NCBI GenBank assembly: GCA_030248215.1
Contig: JASANG010004128.1
Location: 186,001-250,000, forward strand
Length of the DNA stretch: 64,000 bases
Direction of reading: 5' to 3'
DNA from: Enoplolaimus lenunculus
Taxonomy: Eukaryota
Of the stretch, positions 12,728 through 27,300 are shown piece after piece. Below the pieces are notes generated by a model. The model saw only the letters and a program-made list of their open reading frames with translations. It had not been told where the DNA came from and did not search any database. The number at the start of each line of letters is the position of its first letter. Positions within the stretch are counted from its first letter, which is position 1. A program made the position numbers and the translations under genes.

Positions 12728-15700
12728 TTCTATTAAAAAATACTTCAGTTTTAAAATAAATGAGACAAAAACCAAACGAAAACGCTTTTTTCCACTATTT
12801 CCAAATTGAAATATTTCTAAAGACAGAATTTCACTAATTTTCAATTAATGACCGTCATAGATTTTAACTAAACACTACTCACTACTAGCTTCGGAAACGA
12901 CTGTTGACTAGTGCCAAAATTGTGCGTTTTATCATCTGGTGTGCTTACGACTAAACGATTCAAAATTGGCAGTGCTCAATATGATATGGCCCGCTTGCGA
13001 ATATTTTGAGTACTTGTTAGCGTAAAATCTACCATCCGGTTATAATTTCGGCGCACTTATAAGCTTTCAAACTTAAACCTAATGGCTAAGCAGACGAAAA
13101 CTTAATACTTGTATCAATGTATGTAGGCTAATTTTGCTTTTTCATTGGTAAGTTTTCTGTAGATTGAAATTGCTGCGAATTAGAAGTAACAACAGGCGCA
13201 TATAAAAGATAAGCGGACTATTTTATTAGTTTTGATCAAAACGTCCGTCAGTAAGTAGATTTTGAGGCTCTTGTACTCTTTCATACCAACTAGTAACCTG
13301 TCAGCCATTCAGCACAGGTCGAGTTGTGGCCTACACCGATTCCACAAGTGCAACTTTTAAATACATTGCATCGCAATAATTGTTGTGAAACCAGAACCTA
13401 AATTCAGGTCAAAGGTTAATGTGAAATGCAGTGATATGTTTAGCAGTTCGTTCTAGAGACGATGTTACTCATTACCTACAAATTTGACAGCGAAATATAA
13501 ACCATTGTGTGTGCCGTATGGCGTATAAACTGTTCAAAAATTCTTCAGGGTTTAGAATGACATGGTCATCGATATCCCAGAACACCCTTTTATAGACCCA
13601 CCAGAAACCTGGACGCCCCTTAAAGTAACATGAGCCCCAGGTGTTATAAAAGGCCAGTATTGTGTTTAACACAATGGCCAGTTTTTATGCCAAGTAAATG
13701 TGTTCTGCAAGAAATTCACCGGTTTACAGTAAAGTTGGTAAATCGTATGTTGTATGTCAATAAATCTATCATGTCTGGTCCCGTAGCCAGTGGGGCACCA
13801 GGGGGCTCAATAACCATGAAAAAGATATGCCGCCCTTTAAAAGTTAAAAACATGTGTGTAAAAATCATTGGGAGCCCTTGTATACCTCTCCTAAAAATTT
13901 TCCAGCCCACTAGCAAGCAGCAAGGTAAGCATGAAACTGCAAGAATTATGACGCGTTTCAAGTCAAATACTTCTAGCTCGGCTGGCACTTTTCTGCGTCA
14001 AATTCTGCGACTCCTGTAATTTGTACCATAAATGCAATATTTGCTGCTCTGTACTCACAGCGCAAATTGCCAACATTTTCGACGTCGGCAATTGCTTTTC
14101 GCATTTTAAACTAAAATCAGTTTTTTCGTACATAAACAATAATTTTTCGTTTTGTACAAGTTTTCGTACAACATTAAAACGATTTAATTGACTTAAATTT
14201 TTAGATTCGAATTCAAAATGAAAAATACTGCGTAGTAGCGCTATTAAAAATGCACTGGCAGCACTATTGTTCGTGAGCAATTTCATACACACACGGTTTG
14301 AGCTCTGTAAAAAGCAAACTGCCGTAAGCACCTCTGTATACAACGTGTTTGCTGTGTTTTTGCAGAGTCGTAGATTTACAATTTTTGTTTTCAGAAACGG
14401 AATTTCAAAAGAAAACAATTGCGCAGGCAGTATCCGGATACGTTTTTTGTACCGTTTTAGTAGCAACTGAAATTTCGAAAGCTGCAGCTAAAATAACTTA
14501 CAAGTAGCTCTACTAACGGCTAAGCAATCAATTTACGTTAGTGTCTTCAAAAGTTTTTAAACCATTCTACTAAACGAAAGTTATTCTCATTAGCTTAGGT
14601 GCCACGTGAAAAATTACGTGTTGGTTGTTGGTCATTCCCGTGCGTAATAAACATACTGGCATTTAAAGATTATACATTTTACCAGTTACGCAGCAGCTGG
14701 AGGAAGAAGCGAAAGGATTTGGGCCCCGTTTTTAAGCAAAAATGTTGCAGAACATAGAATAGACAATTTTTTGAAAAACTAGTAAGACCCTCAGCTTACA
14801 AATAATAAAAATTTCATTTGGCTTCTCGCTCGCTTCACTAGCCAGGTTTCTTCCGCTATAATATATCTCACTTGAGCGTATGTGGCCCACGTCGTTTTTG
14901 GATCAGCAGACACTGCGCCCTTAGTTTTAGCCATACTTTGTTTTAAGGTTGGTGTATAAAATATTTGGAATTCATGTCCACTGCAAAGCTAGTATACGTT
15001 GTTCTTGTCATTAAAATACTCGTTTCATGGAGTTTATATACTGTGCTGAGTGCAATGATTCACATTATAAGTTTGTGAAGTTGTGAACTGGCTATGTTAT
15101 ATACAGAAATATATATCATTTTTTGGATAATTAAACCGTTTGACGAGTTAAAAAATCTCTGACAACATCAGGTGAGCGTAAAATAACAACGCAAATTTTC
15201 GACGAAAATTGCATCTTGTGTGATAATTTCGCAGCCAAGAATTGGTGATAGAGGCACGAAGAACACTTATATTTTAACAAAACTTACTAATTTTCGTAGA
15301 TTACTTTTTTAACGCTTTTGAAAAACATTTGTCGCCTTTAGAAGCGAAGATACTAGTATAAAGGGTTTGCGGCACTCATCGCTCATTCCCCGTACTGGAG
15401 GTCCTGTGTATTGACGTGTTTGTCATGTTTACAATAAAGTATATAAAAATTAAATATACATTCCCTGTAGTACTGCATGTCAGAAATTTGCATTTTGAAT
15501 AGTTTGTTTTATGTGAAAAATTGACCTTGAAATTTGAACTATTTTTATCAAATTTTATGTATATACAACTTTTTTGCGCTGTGTTGCTGTAGATACTACG
15601 TGTTTTGAATTTTGTGCTTGCTGTTTTGTATTTGCAAAGAATTATTTGTCGTTTTTTAGCATCCGGACGGTTTTCTGGTCGTAATAATTCTTGGTAATGG

Positions 15701-15770
15701 TCAAAATCAAGGATCATGCCAATGTTTTGCAACATCAACTTAACAGAGCGGATTTTATTTGATGATTAAC

Positions 15771-16461
15771 CTATATTTAGTGCAAGCTGTCTCACATGAG
15801 TGTAGCGCCTGTCGCCAGTTGGTGATAGGTCTTGTAACGTTCGAATCACTGAGCGGTGAGTTTTGTGATTCAACGCATTTTTCCCATTTGATGAGTCCTG
15901 ATTCGGTGCCAATGTTGAGATCAGCCCTTGCCTGCAATTGTTCGTTGAATTCTGTCAGTCAACCGTGATAGCTTCTATAGACACGTTTGAAAATATTGCC
16001 AAATGTGAAGTAAAACGCAACAAACGGCAAATGCACCCGTCTTCGTAGCCAAACAATGCAGCTTAGCAGTGCCGACGGAAGCGCCTCCCAAACCCATTAA
16101 ACTAAGAACGGCCGCCCCTTTGCAGGCCCTGATCTAGCAAACTAAAAATCTTTTCGCGAACCACGAAATTAATATAGACCTGTAAAACATTTTATTTGGT
16201 GCCCCTGGCTCCTAGGACCTGTTTGCGGGGTCTCCGACTATCCTAACACAGGACATGCTGCTTAGTGCATAACGCTGCCAGACCTTAGAAATGGTTTAAA
16301 AACGAATCAAAGTTTTTACTGAAGGTTTGCGACGTTTTTGGTTGTCTGCAATGGAATTTCCATATTAAGCAATGGAGAATTCATGAAATTTTACGTTGTA
16401 TAGCCCATGGCAGCCAACATAAAACGTTCACGCCCCACTACAGTCGCAACACTGGTTATTG
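15771..16461 (-). other. Possible internal exons of an unrecognised gene (16461-16395, 16101-16037, 15951-15771)
   Basis: Three AG..GT-bounded segments splice in phase to AITSVATVVGRERFMLAAMGYTTLMGLGGASVGTAKLHCLATKTEFNEQLQARADLNIGTESGLIKWEKCVES...CETACTKYR. No recognisable homology, start or end. Confidence 0.2.
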
Positions 16462-19400
16462 CTGTATTTTTACATATACGCTCTTCTGAGTAAAAATAGA
16501 ACGAATTCCTAAAAACACGAATGTAAAGTTCGAATTTTAATTTGCTCTTTGCATTACTGGTGCATTTAAAATCGGCACAAGTTTGAGTAGAATTCAAATT
16601 CTAGCTGCAAAATATATTCTATTGCTATAGCGAAAAAAGTATGCGCGCGAGTTAAAGCTTTGGTAAATGGTTTAAAAACGATCATGTTTCCAAAAATTTA
16701 CCTGTTGAAATTTTATTTTGTAAAAGCCTTGAGTATAAACTAGTGAATGGTACTTGAAGCATTAATTCCTCAAAGTATTCTATTGCTATTATTTCCCTAA
16801 GTCGAAGATTAAAACGTAAACTTAAAGCGGAACGCAAACCCAGGGTAGTCGTCGGCTTTTGAAAATTTGTCTGCCTATATTTAGCAGGAGCGTCCGCAGA
16901 AAATTATATTTGGGAGGCATCAAATAATTCTGACGGGCAACAAAAATTGCATTTTAAGATTGCTTATTTTTAGACCGAGTCTGTTTAAGGGGCACCAGCC
17001 AAGATTGTGAGGGGCACGTCCATCCAATTCTCTTTCCGATGGGGACACCCTTGATTTTCAGACGTCCTTTTGCCCAGCCTCCATACCTCTGCAGATCGTG
17101 TGTCTAGCGGTTTTACGGCGTATGGCCACTCATCTGAAAAAACGTTTCGGACATTCTTAAGTTAGTGCCTCCTCAGACAACCTCGTTGATGTTGTTATCT
17201 TTTAATATAAAAGAAAACATTTGAAAATCAACTATATATACAATTTTTAAGTTTTAATTCTTCCATCTATTTTTTTTCGTTTGAAAAAATGTTCAAGTTA
17301 CATATTCTTGTTTGTTTCGCACAATATGACGATTGCCTGACAACCGTAAATCCACCTTGGTTTTTGAATTTTTAAGCACTTTGTTAGGATGGTCTCTAAA
17401 CCGATTTTGTTACTAGAAGTGTTCAATTAACCTTTTTTCTGATTTACATGATATATTTTTCTCTTGTCATAAAACAATACTGCTTAAATTTGTGCGGATT
17501 GCCTGATGATAGTCCTGATACCGCACCCCTGTTCCCGCATACGTGTTTGTTAAAGTTAGTTTGTATATTTAAAATGTTGCAGTCGCCACGTACATATTGA
17601 GTTTATAGAAATATTTGAATAGTGTGAATTTTGTTTAAATTTTCTTTCCATAAAAATCAGTTAACAATTGTAGAAGATACATTGTGAAATGTTGCAACTA
17701 CTAGCAAAACTAAAACTGTTTTACAGCGTAGCAGCGCATTTGAAAAGCATGAAGCTTGTTGCTGATGGGTACAACGGAATTCCCCGTAGGCCATAGTCTC
17801 ACAACAGGAATAAAACTAAAATTTTGCCTTAAGATTTGGAACTAAAATTGCGATTTGCTTCGCGCTCGAAACACTGACAACATTTTTCCTATCGCGCGGC
17901 CTCCCTGCCAAAAGTTTCTGGATCCGCCTCTGAAGCCTATATATTATTTTTCAAAGCAATTTTCAATTTTTTTGTAATATACAATACGTTGAAATTTTTG
18001 GTTGTATAATAACCGCATAACTTATCATTGAGAGAACTGTAATTTTTAGCGTAATTTTAATCTGGTTTTATATTTCACGTTTTTCGAAAAGAAACGTTGC
18101 GATCGCAGAACTGCTATTCAACAAAAATAAAGCGATCGGCCACAATGATTATGGTTTTCATCGAATGCATGAACTACTGAAATATTATACAAAAGTAACA
18201 CACCCTTGATAGCTGATTTTATTCCGTTGTTGTAAGCTTGTCCGTTCGAATGAAATTTGGCTAATTTCAAATTGTTAAAAAGTTTAGGAAATATTTTCAA
18301 GACCAAAACAGTTGGCTGCAGGCATATACCAAGTAAGATCAGAAATCAATACATCTATCCACTATGCCATCAATCAGCAGCACCACGCAAATATTCCAAG
18401 TATTAAAAATGTTTTGTTTCGAATTTTAGGAAATTTATCGCGATGTGTCAGTCAGCGAAATGAACATTTTTCCCAACAGTCCATTGTCTTTTTCAAAGGA
18501 GGCGGGCCCGCAACCAGCAAGTGTTGCTAGAGGAGAGGCGGGAAGATTTATGGAGCTTAAGTAATATTATATTGAATTTGGAATTCTTTAATGTGGTTGA
18601 TAATTTTTTCGGTCAGTTGGGGCGAATATGTTTGCACCGGAGGGCACACTTCTGTCCCCTGCTGTAGTGGTGTCCCTGTGTAATTAGTGTAATGAAAATG
18701 TGTCAAAATTAAACAAACCACCGCACAAAAAAAGAACAAAAATTTTCATCTACAAATTTTCGGCGTTAATAAGAGGAATTTATCAAAAGGTTTGTTATAA
18801 TTTAAAGTTTTATAAAGGTTTAAATGAAAGACAAAAAATGAGAAAGAAGATAAAAGATATTTGAAAAATTCTATCATTTTTCAATGCGGTCGTGTTCATG
18901 TATGATTTGAAGAAGTGTGTGTTTTAGTTTCACGGTTAACTTTGAAGGAGCAACAAAACACGGGGAACTTCCCATCCATCGCATTTTCAAAAAACTGAGC
19001 TAATATTTAGTGCTAAAAATTGCGTTTTGCTTTTTACTCGATTCGTTCACGCGGTTTTTCTTTATGATATGCGGTATTGCGTTACCCGTACGTGCCCCTC
19101 TGTTATTTGAATCCGCTACTGCGACCCTGGTTAACTTTGACCTTTCGTTGCGGAATAATGAACGTACAAATCTCAAGGATATTCTTTTTAATTTAAAACG
19201 TCGTTCAAACTATAGAAATGATGTTTTCCGCTGACATTTTTTACCCTCAAATTTATATGAAATTTTGAGTAATTTTATGCCAATGAACTTTACGCAATTG
19301 CACAATTTTTTTTACGGAATATGTATATTCCCCGTTATTGGTTTGTCTGATAAAATGTAACTTAAGTGAAAGAAGTTTCTTTTACAGAGTTGTTTGTATT

Positions 19401-19857
19401 TATACGTTAGGATATTGAAAACTACCAACGAAATCTTTAAAGCTGGTACCGGTAGAAGTTAGACCACAAGCTGTTGCACCGCTTATGTTATTTGAGGGTG
19501 CACCGTTTTTCCGCGGGCTTAGCTTTAGGCTTTAGGTCCAGGCTTACTCTATGCTTACGTTAAGGCATAAGAAGTTATCGTTATTTTGTATACTACTGTT
19601 ACGCGCGTTAATGTAAACATTGACCGTTAGGTATTTGATTCAACTATAAAATTTCTGACTGTATGAAAATGAATAACGAAAACCAAAACTGTCAGGAGTA
19701 GCAAAATTTTCAAACCAAGACCTTTAATTTGTGACCCTTTTCTCATCACGTAGTATTGAATAGAACAAAAACTGCAATATCGACTATGACGGGAGCTATA
19801 GTGATAATTCCATTGTTAGTAAGCCAATAATGCTTGACTGTCGATCACAATGACTCC

Positions 19858-20067
19858 GGCCAATGTAAAGAACAGGAGCAGAACAGTGTTTTAAGCATAT
19901 TCTTATGCTCACCTAAGCCTAAGCCTAAGCATAAGCGTAAGAATGACCATATTCTTAAGCCTACACATAAGCTTAAGACAAACAAAAAAATTAGTCTAAA
20001 GTTTAATTAAGCTTACTCTATTGCAGTCCCACAGAAAAACGTTCCGCCCCTGATCTTTACATGGGCC
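19858..20067. mobile_element. Merlin-like MITE family B carrying a TTAGGC-like tract
   Basis: ggccaatgtaaagaacagg...cctgatctttacatgggcc. Flanks atgactcc/gtgactcc (7/8). Internal cctaagcctaagcctaag. Confidence 0.75.
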
Positions 20068-21306
20068 GTGACTCCAGCAGGGTTATACTTTACCGCTAGT
20101 GTTTTAGTTTAAATTTTTGAATGTTTAACGAATTTTTAGTCTCAATGCTATTGTCGTAAGTTAAAAAGTTACTTTATTTCGAATTGTCTACGATATAAAA
20201 TGAAAAAAAGCGCGTACGTTTCCAGTTAACATTTGACGGTAGTATCACTTTGCAAACGTAGTACCGACAACTTCCAAGGTCATACGGACTCGACATACTC
20301 CTTTTTAAAAAGTAGTGCTTTTGTTTTTAATGTGCAATAAGTTTAGATAAAAAAATGATACAAACTGCACCGAACAGCATTAAAAGAATTATACATTTAA
20401 ATATAACATCATTATCCCTGTAGCAATAGCATTTTACCCCAGTTAGCGGTTTCAAATTGAAGATATTTTCCATCAATGTTCAAATCGAATTTTAATTTAC
20501 TGGCATGTTGACTTCGTTAATCGATCTATTCCTTCAGGGCCTCGTTAAACACTAGGCATATCACTATCAAATTAAAGATAATCATAAATCACAATATTTC
20601 AAATATTAGGTCTGGAGATTTAATGATTCGAAATTTTTTAGCTTCATAAAGAGTTTCGAATACGAATTTTATGATTAGTAAAACGTACAAATGGTGGGAT
20701 TGTGCCGTCGAATCTACAAAATTGTCCTTGTAAACTAAATTACAAATAAACTAAAGTGACCAATAAACATTAACCTTAACTTGTGACCGGTCGTTTAAAT
20801 TGCAACCAATACGACAAAACCTAAACTACGAACTTGACCAAATATTTGACTGCGTATATATATGATTGAAATTCCCAAGTTATTTCAATATTTTTTACTT
20901 TGAATTGCTTAAGAAGAATTTAAACAACAATCTTTTATAAGCACTGCATTTTATTTATAACGATACCACTTCTGAGAGTGATCTTGTCGCGTTTGAACAG
21001 TATAAGGTAACTAACAGTTGTTATTCTAAAGTGTATATATTGGTGTTCAGTTCTTATTTTTCATCGTTCATTTCTCGGTTTTTGAAGACTATTTTAACAA
21101 AAATTCTAAATTTATTTACTAAAGTGCGATTCTGTATGTTTTTTGTATTTTAAGATTTTATGCCAAAACAGTGTCTTCGTCGAATTTTCAGACAATGTCT
21201 TAATGTATGATTGGGGATAACTCAAATAGTTTACCAGATTGGTGATTCGCCGTATTGTATTTGCTGGACTGTATTCACTCTAATATAAGCACACATAATC
21301 TTAGCC

Positions 21307-24300
21307 ATGATTATTATCGCATTTTCATTGTTATACCTGCCGCTTTGTGTTATTGGTCATGTATCGTTAATTTTTCCGCCTGCCCGATTTCCACCACTAG
21401 ATTTCTTAGACAAAGCGCGCACCGATGGTCCTTGTGGTGTGCCGAAGCCGTCAGGAAACAAATGTGAGTTTTCGGTATATGCATCGTAGAGCACTGACAC
21501 ATATTTTGAGCTTAAAGAATGATATGGGGCATGCTAAATATAATAAATAGACGAAACGGTTATATATCATAATTTGTAAAGGTGCTGCTTGTAAATTTAT
21601 ACAAAACTAAATTTTGTTGATACAATATGGAAGTTAAGACTTGGAGTCTCGGACACTGGGATCGCTTTTTGTTTTATATGCTGCGGTATAACTAATCTAA
21701 TTAACATTCCTTCCATAAATATTGTGGCGGAGGTACAGAATATGGACCCCACTTGAAATTAAATAAAAATATATAAAGTTCATTTTACAGATTTTGACGC
21801 ACTGAGTTCAACGGTGCCACTTTTAGCGCTGCAGGGTTTTATGGCCCTTTAAATTTTAACTTTTTACCATATAAAACCTGTACAAGCCACAATCAAACTT
21901 GTGTAAGGAATAAACAACGTTAAGCTTTATATATTTTCGAATATGTCAATGATAGATACTTCCTGTTCCAATCTGTACGTGTTTGCACTATAATTTCGAG
22001 GACCATAACTTCTGAACCGTTGGTCATGCAGACATAACAATGGTACCGTTGAATTCAGCTCGTCGAGATCCATAGGATGGACCACTTTTTATCAAAATTC
22101 TAGTGGGTCTAGATTCCGTAACTCTACAAATATTGTTTAAAAAATATATTCCCTGAGCGAATTTTTATGTTTTTCAGACCAAGCCACAACCCTACTGCCA
22201 GGTTCACAGGTCAACGTCACATGGAGTATGTCGTATGCGCATCAAGGAGCGTTCAGGATTGATATGCTCGATAGTGGCGGTAACGTATTTCGAATTTTAA
22301 CACAGTCACCGATAGATGGATCTGATACAAACGGTTGGGTAGGAATGGACGATCAAACGTACGTTTCAGCTTGTATATTTGGTCCACACCGTTATACCTA
22401 TTACCAAGCGTAGACTAATGGTTTTGCTTAATATCAGGGGCTGGTATAAGACTAAACATAAGTCAAAGAAAAAGCCTAAAGACAAAACCAATCTATAGCG
22501 CAAGCTTAACTCTATCATAATCCCGCGAAAATATAGTAACCTTCTCAAAATAACATGGTCGACAGTTATTATAAGTTGAAATATAGTCACACCATCGAAA
22601 CTTTTGCATGAAACTGCAGAATGCGGTCTTGAGTCCGCTTTGGGTCTGTTAAAGTGTAGTTCTAAGACGGCGATTTCACAGAAATTACAGCATATTAGTT
22701 GGGTTTCCAGAACGTTTCCGAACTTAAGTATTCTTATTCTGCTAAGTATTTGCTTACGCACAAGAGTTAAGTAGGTATTTAAGTTAGTATATAATTAAAA
22801 ATTTACCACATACTTAATGTTTACTTAATATTTTTGTTTTATATACGTAAGTGATATTTGTTTCTGAAATCATTAAGTAAAAACTTAAGTCTAACGAACC
22901 AAATTGCAGAACTTACACGATACTTATGTACTAACTTAAGTTTTTAACCATTGTTAAGTAATTTGTTTTCTAGAAACCAGCAAATGTTTTAGAAAAACTT
23001 CAATTAAGATTGTGAAGGTTCTTGGCTACCGCCAACAAACCCCTGGTAGCGGCGGCCTATAAAAACAGCTTGTTGGAGGTTAAAACTAATTTAAAAACTC
23101 CACTTGATTCAAACCTAAATAGGCAGGCCTTTGATTACAAAAACATGCGTCTGGCTTGCCGCTTGCGTTTCTCTCGAAGTTTTATTTTGATCGCGGGACT
23201 CATGTGTTGGATACCACAACCCGGTCAGTATGTCACGATATGGAGCAAAACGAACCTGCGTGTAATTTCAATCGCCCGGAGTTTGGTTTGGTTGTGGTGA
23301 CAGAGAGAACAAATCATAAGCACAGACCTGTTGTGAGCCAGTATTCTGTTGAAGTTGGCTCAGACAAATTTCGTTTCAAATAAAAATATACAGTTTTTGA
23401 TAATATTGAAAGCAAACCTGGTTTTGTTCTATAAAAGTTCAAGCTTATATTTCAGTGTCTGCATACGCTGCGCGTTGAATGCTCGCCCAAAGGTACCTTA
23501 TTCTAACTATTACTGTTTAGATTAACATCGTACGTTGTTCGAATCCCTCAAAATGAATGCCGAGGGTGTACATTACGAGTGATGCGACAAGCACAGGAGT
23601 GGGGCAATTACGCATTTTGGACTTGCGCTGATATTGATGTGATGCAAGGTATATTTGAGGTTGTGCAACAATATTTGACCAGTTTATCTTTCGGACCATT
23701 AAAATTGAAAGGTGCCTGATAATCGCAGGTAACCGCTTTAAAATTCATACGAATATATTAAAAAAGGTTCTAAGGAAACACAAGTCTCAAGTTTTAGTTT
23801 AAAAGTTGGTTTTCGCCTTGGTGCTAAAGCATAGTACGCGCTGCAGAAATGGAAGTCGGACGTTGGGTCAAGGCTCGAGTAAGCTGAGAATTTTTTTGGC
23901 AAATTTATCAACCAAAGCTTTTCTATAGTTCATCGAATTTTTGTCGATTCGCCGCTTGGTAATTCAGATTCAATATTTGCGTTCGATCACTATTTAAACT
24001 GTCGTGAATAAACGAGCAAATACATTTGTAGTCAATTCTAGATTTAATCGTAAGCTCAACGCTACAAATGATTTTAATTCAGAACAGGCAAGGTAAAAAT
24101 CAAACCTAAACTTAAACTAAACAGTCAATCAGAACAATTCAGAAAACTAATCTGTAGGCGGTTTCATTAGTCACCTAATGTTTTGTAATATTCGTTTTGT
24201 TGAATAGATATAACCAAAGGTCCACTAAATGGATGCTCTGGAAATGGGGACATTGTTGCCGAAGGTAACCAACCAAGATGCGTTTGTAAACCGCCGTATG

Positions 24301-27300
24301 TTGGACAATATTGCCATTTAAAAGGTACCGTTTGTAGTGGCATTGAAACCAGGGCCAGACTAAGGTATCTGCAAGCCCTGAGGTAAACTTTGCCCAGCTT
24401 GAAAAAGCAACGAAAACTAAACCTCATTTATGTAGCGCTTTTAGACAGAAACAATTAAAGACAAACTTTAAAACATATTCATGAATATTAATCAACGTTG
24501 TTGATTTGATATTGTAATCGCGCTTTCAAGGTCGTGCTTAGGGTTTCCCACTGCCTACCCTCCCCCCGAACACCAAACTTCAGGTTCTTCAGCAGTGGTC
24601 AATTCAAATTTTTTATGTGGGGGATTCGAGTCCGAGATCGGTCGTGCTTCGCCCAACTCGCGTTCTCTAAGGCTAACCACGCAAGTTTTGTCTTTTAGCA
24701 CCGTCGAGATTATTTTACGCTAAGACAGTGAAAAATATCAAATAGTTCGCTATGTAAACGCCAGTTAAAAGAAACATCGCTAGCAAATCAAGTGAGAAGC
24801 TAGAAAAACTTTTCGCAACAAATGTGCCATAATAAGCCTATGTTTAAATCTACGCTAACCGGAAGCTTGGCGATAAACGCAAATCTGACGTAGTTGTAGT
24901 CGCGCAGGAAAACGCTATGCCTCTAAAAATATTATAAGATAAAAATTAATGGTATTACATATTATTGTTTCAGAGGATTGCGTAACTGACGCTGACTGCA
25001 ACGGCCGTGGTATGTGTGTTCAATCGACAGGAACCGCAACAGCGTCAAGCACCCGGAATCGATGCTATTGTCAAACGCCTTATTTTGGCAGCCACTGCGA
25101 ACAAGCGTTTCGTCCAACTGGTGAAGATTTAAATTCAGGCTGTTTCAATTACAATTTTGGTTCAATTCCTGATTTGGATACGGCAACAATATTCAAACCG
25201 TCCTGTTACAAGACGGTTGAAGTTCGAGGCGTAGACAAGCTTTATTACCGCATTGTTGGGGTAACAAAGACGGTATTATTGCTGCCTTTTTTATTTCTAC
25301 CACTGACTAAGGTTTAAACCAAGATAAATTAATACTTTTTGTTAAATCATGCGTATGAATTTATCGGCACCGGTAGCTATACGCATGAGAGTTCAGCTGC
25401 ATATCACTAAGTTTTAAGCAAATTTTTATTTATTTAGGTAGATACGTAGTAAAAATGTCTTTAGAAATCGGGAAAGTACGGTTGCGGTAGCTTGTGAAAA
25501 ATTTTCTCTGCTTGTTCCTACCTGGTTTCATGTTTTTTTGTGAAAATTGTAGATGGGTAAATAATCACGAATTTTTACCCGCGTTTTGAAATTCTGTACC
25601 CGCGGGTAAACCCGCGCCAAAACTTTCTTACCCGTACTCGTGTTACCCGCGGGTGCCCACAGGTAACGTGCAGCTTTGCCGGACGTTGCACTATTATATT
25701 CCAAAAGCTAAATATATATGAATTCTGCTTAAAAATTAAGTATGTTGTTTAAGACTCAAATTGAAATGATCATTGCGTACGAAAGCAATACATGGGTGTC
25801 TGTTGGTTGGCGACCAATTGGTAAGCGCATTTGTTTGTTTCTTCTACCTATTTTTCGATGTAAATATTTCATATCATCTGTAACCAGATTCCACATGCAA
25901 CACCATATTTAAATTCACAGTTCACGTTTAAAAATATATGTTTGATAGAATACTTTTGGTTGACAAATTTTAGTCCACGCAAAAACTATTAATCTTTAAT
26001 AGACTGAAACTGAGATCGTTTAGTTGTATAATTTAGAAGCAGAGTTCGAGTATGAATTTTTTAGCTTAATTCTCTATAGTGGTCGCTACGAGTTTTGTTA
26101 CTGAAAAGCTGTCCTTTGGTCAATAAGGAAAGTGAAAATCGTTTCAACGGTACAGTTCAAATATAGAAACTAATGTGGTTACCATTTTACTGCATCTAAC
26201 AGTTCGTAAAAATTTAATATTTCAAGTACTGGGAGCTCAAATTGCCGAACTGAAGCAAATTAATGTTATTTAAATTATAAAACAGCTAAAACAAAGAATA
26301 CCTTTATCAAAGAATGATGAACCGTTTTTGAAATCGCACTATTAAATATCGTCAACAGCTAAGTTTTACAGTTTACGCATTTCATACGCTTATTAATAGC
26401 CAGTATTTCAGATACCAAACCGTCCTGCTACAATTTTCCAGTGCCTAAAAGCAACAATGCGCCCAGTAAGTCTGTATTATAATGCAATTATGTACCAAAA
26501 CAATCAATAAACTATTCTAAATGGCGTACAGGTATAACGCTGAGCTAAGTGCAGTTAACATGAAAAGTGAAAGATTTCAAGATCAGGTTGCAACGTACCC
26601 TATAACTGTAACGATATGGTCACGTCAGGAGCGTATGCATGCGCGATAGACCAATATATACCAATCTCATGCACGAATTTTCTGCAGTCAAGAAACTAAT
26701 GTCTTTGCATGGTTTACAAAAACCCTGCTGGATTCTATACTTTGACATATTCTGACTCAGAGAACAGCAACAACACCATTTTATGACGCACCTGTAGTGC
26801 AATAGAAACTCTATTATTTTTCGCAATCTGTGAAGGCTTTACAGTGCGAGTGTGTAAATGAGCAAAATTTGTATTTTCAGCCAACCCTCATCCAATGGAT
26901 TGCACCGACATTGTAATTGGATTCGTTCACGGTGATCGATTAAGTAATATCGCTGATTACTATACCCGTGATCGTTCAACGCCGCTTCGAGATGAAATCT
27001 ACGGGGGCACAGACAGTTTGACGGCAGCTGCTGGTTTCAGAACCAAAGGGGTTACATATGTGATGTTCAGAAAACCATTACAAGGTATAAATTGTTTCTT
27101 AGAATATTAAAGTTTATGTTTTTTTGATAATGTGAAAAAACTTACTTTTTCGTCATATCTTCACTTGTGATCCGATATCGTATGTCTCTTCACCCCACAG
27201 TTTTCAAAAATTTCAGTTCACAACTTCGGCTTAGGATCAGGCCTAGGCTAGAGCTTAGACTCAGCATTAAGATTAAGTTTAGGCTTAGGTTCAAATTTTG

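Noticed and set aside
12728..12844. N-terminal extension of the MSP ORF given in the ORF track
   Set aside because: It begins at a non-ATG codon in AT-rich sequence, and an acceptor-like tttaatag directly precedes the ATG at 12727.
19905..19980. TTAGGC/GCCTAA tracts as a true telomere (also near 27230, 28140, 32700, 44090, 57550, 63660)
   Set aside because: They are short, degenerate and internal, and several lie inside MITEs.
23456..23492. Apparent mini-exon tttcag|TGTCTG...CCAAAG|gtacc in the His-brace gene
   Set aside because: It would leave a 28-nt intron and shift the frame of the motif-bearing exon starting at 23521.
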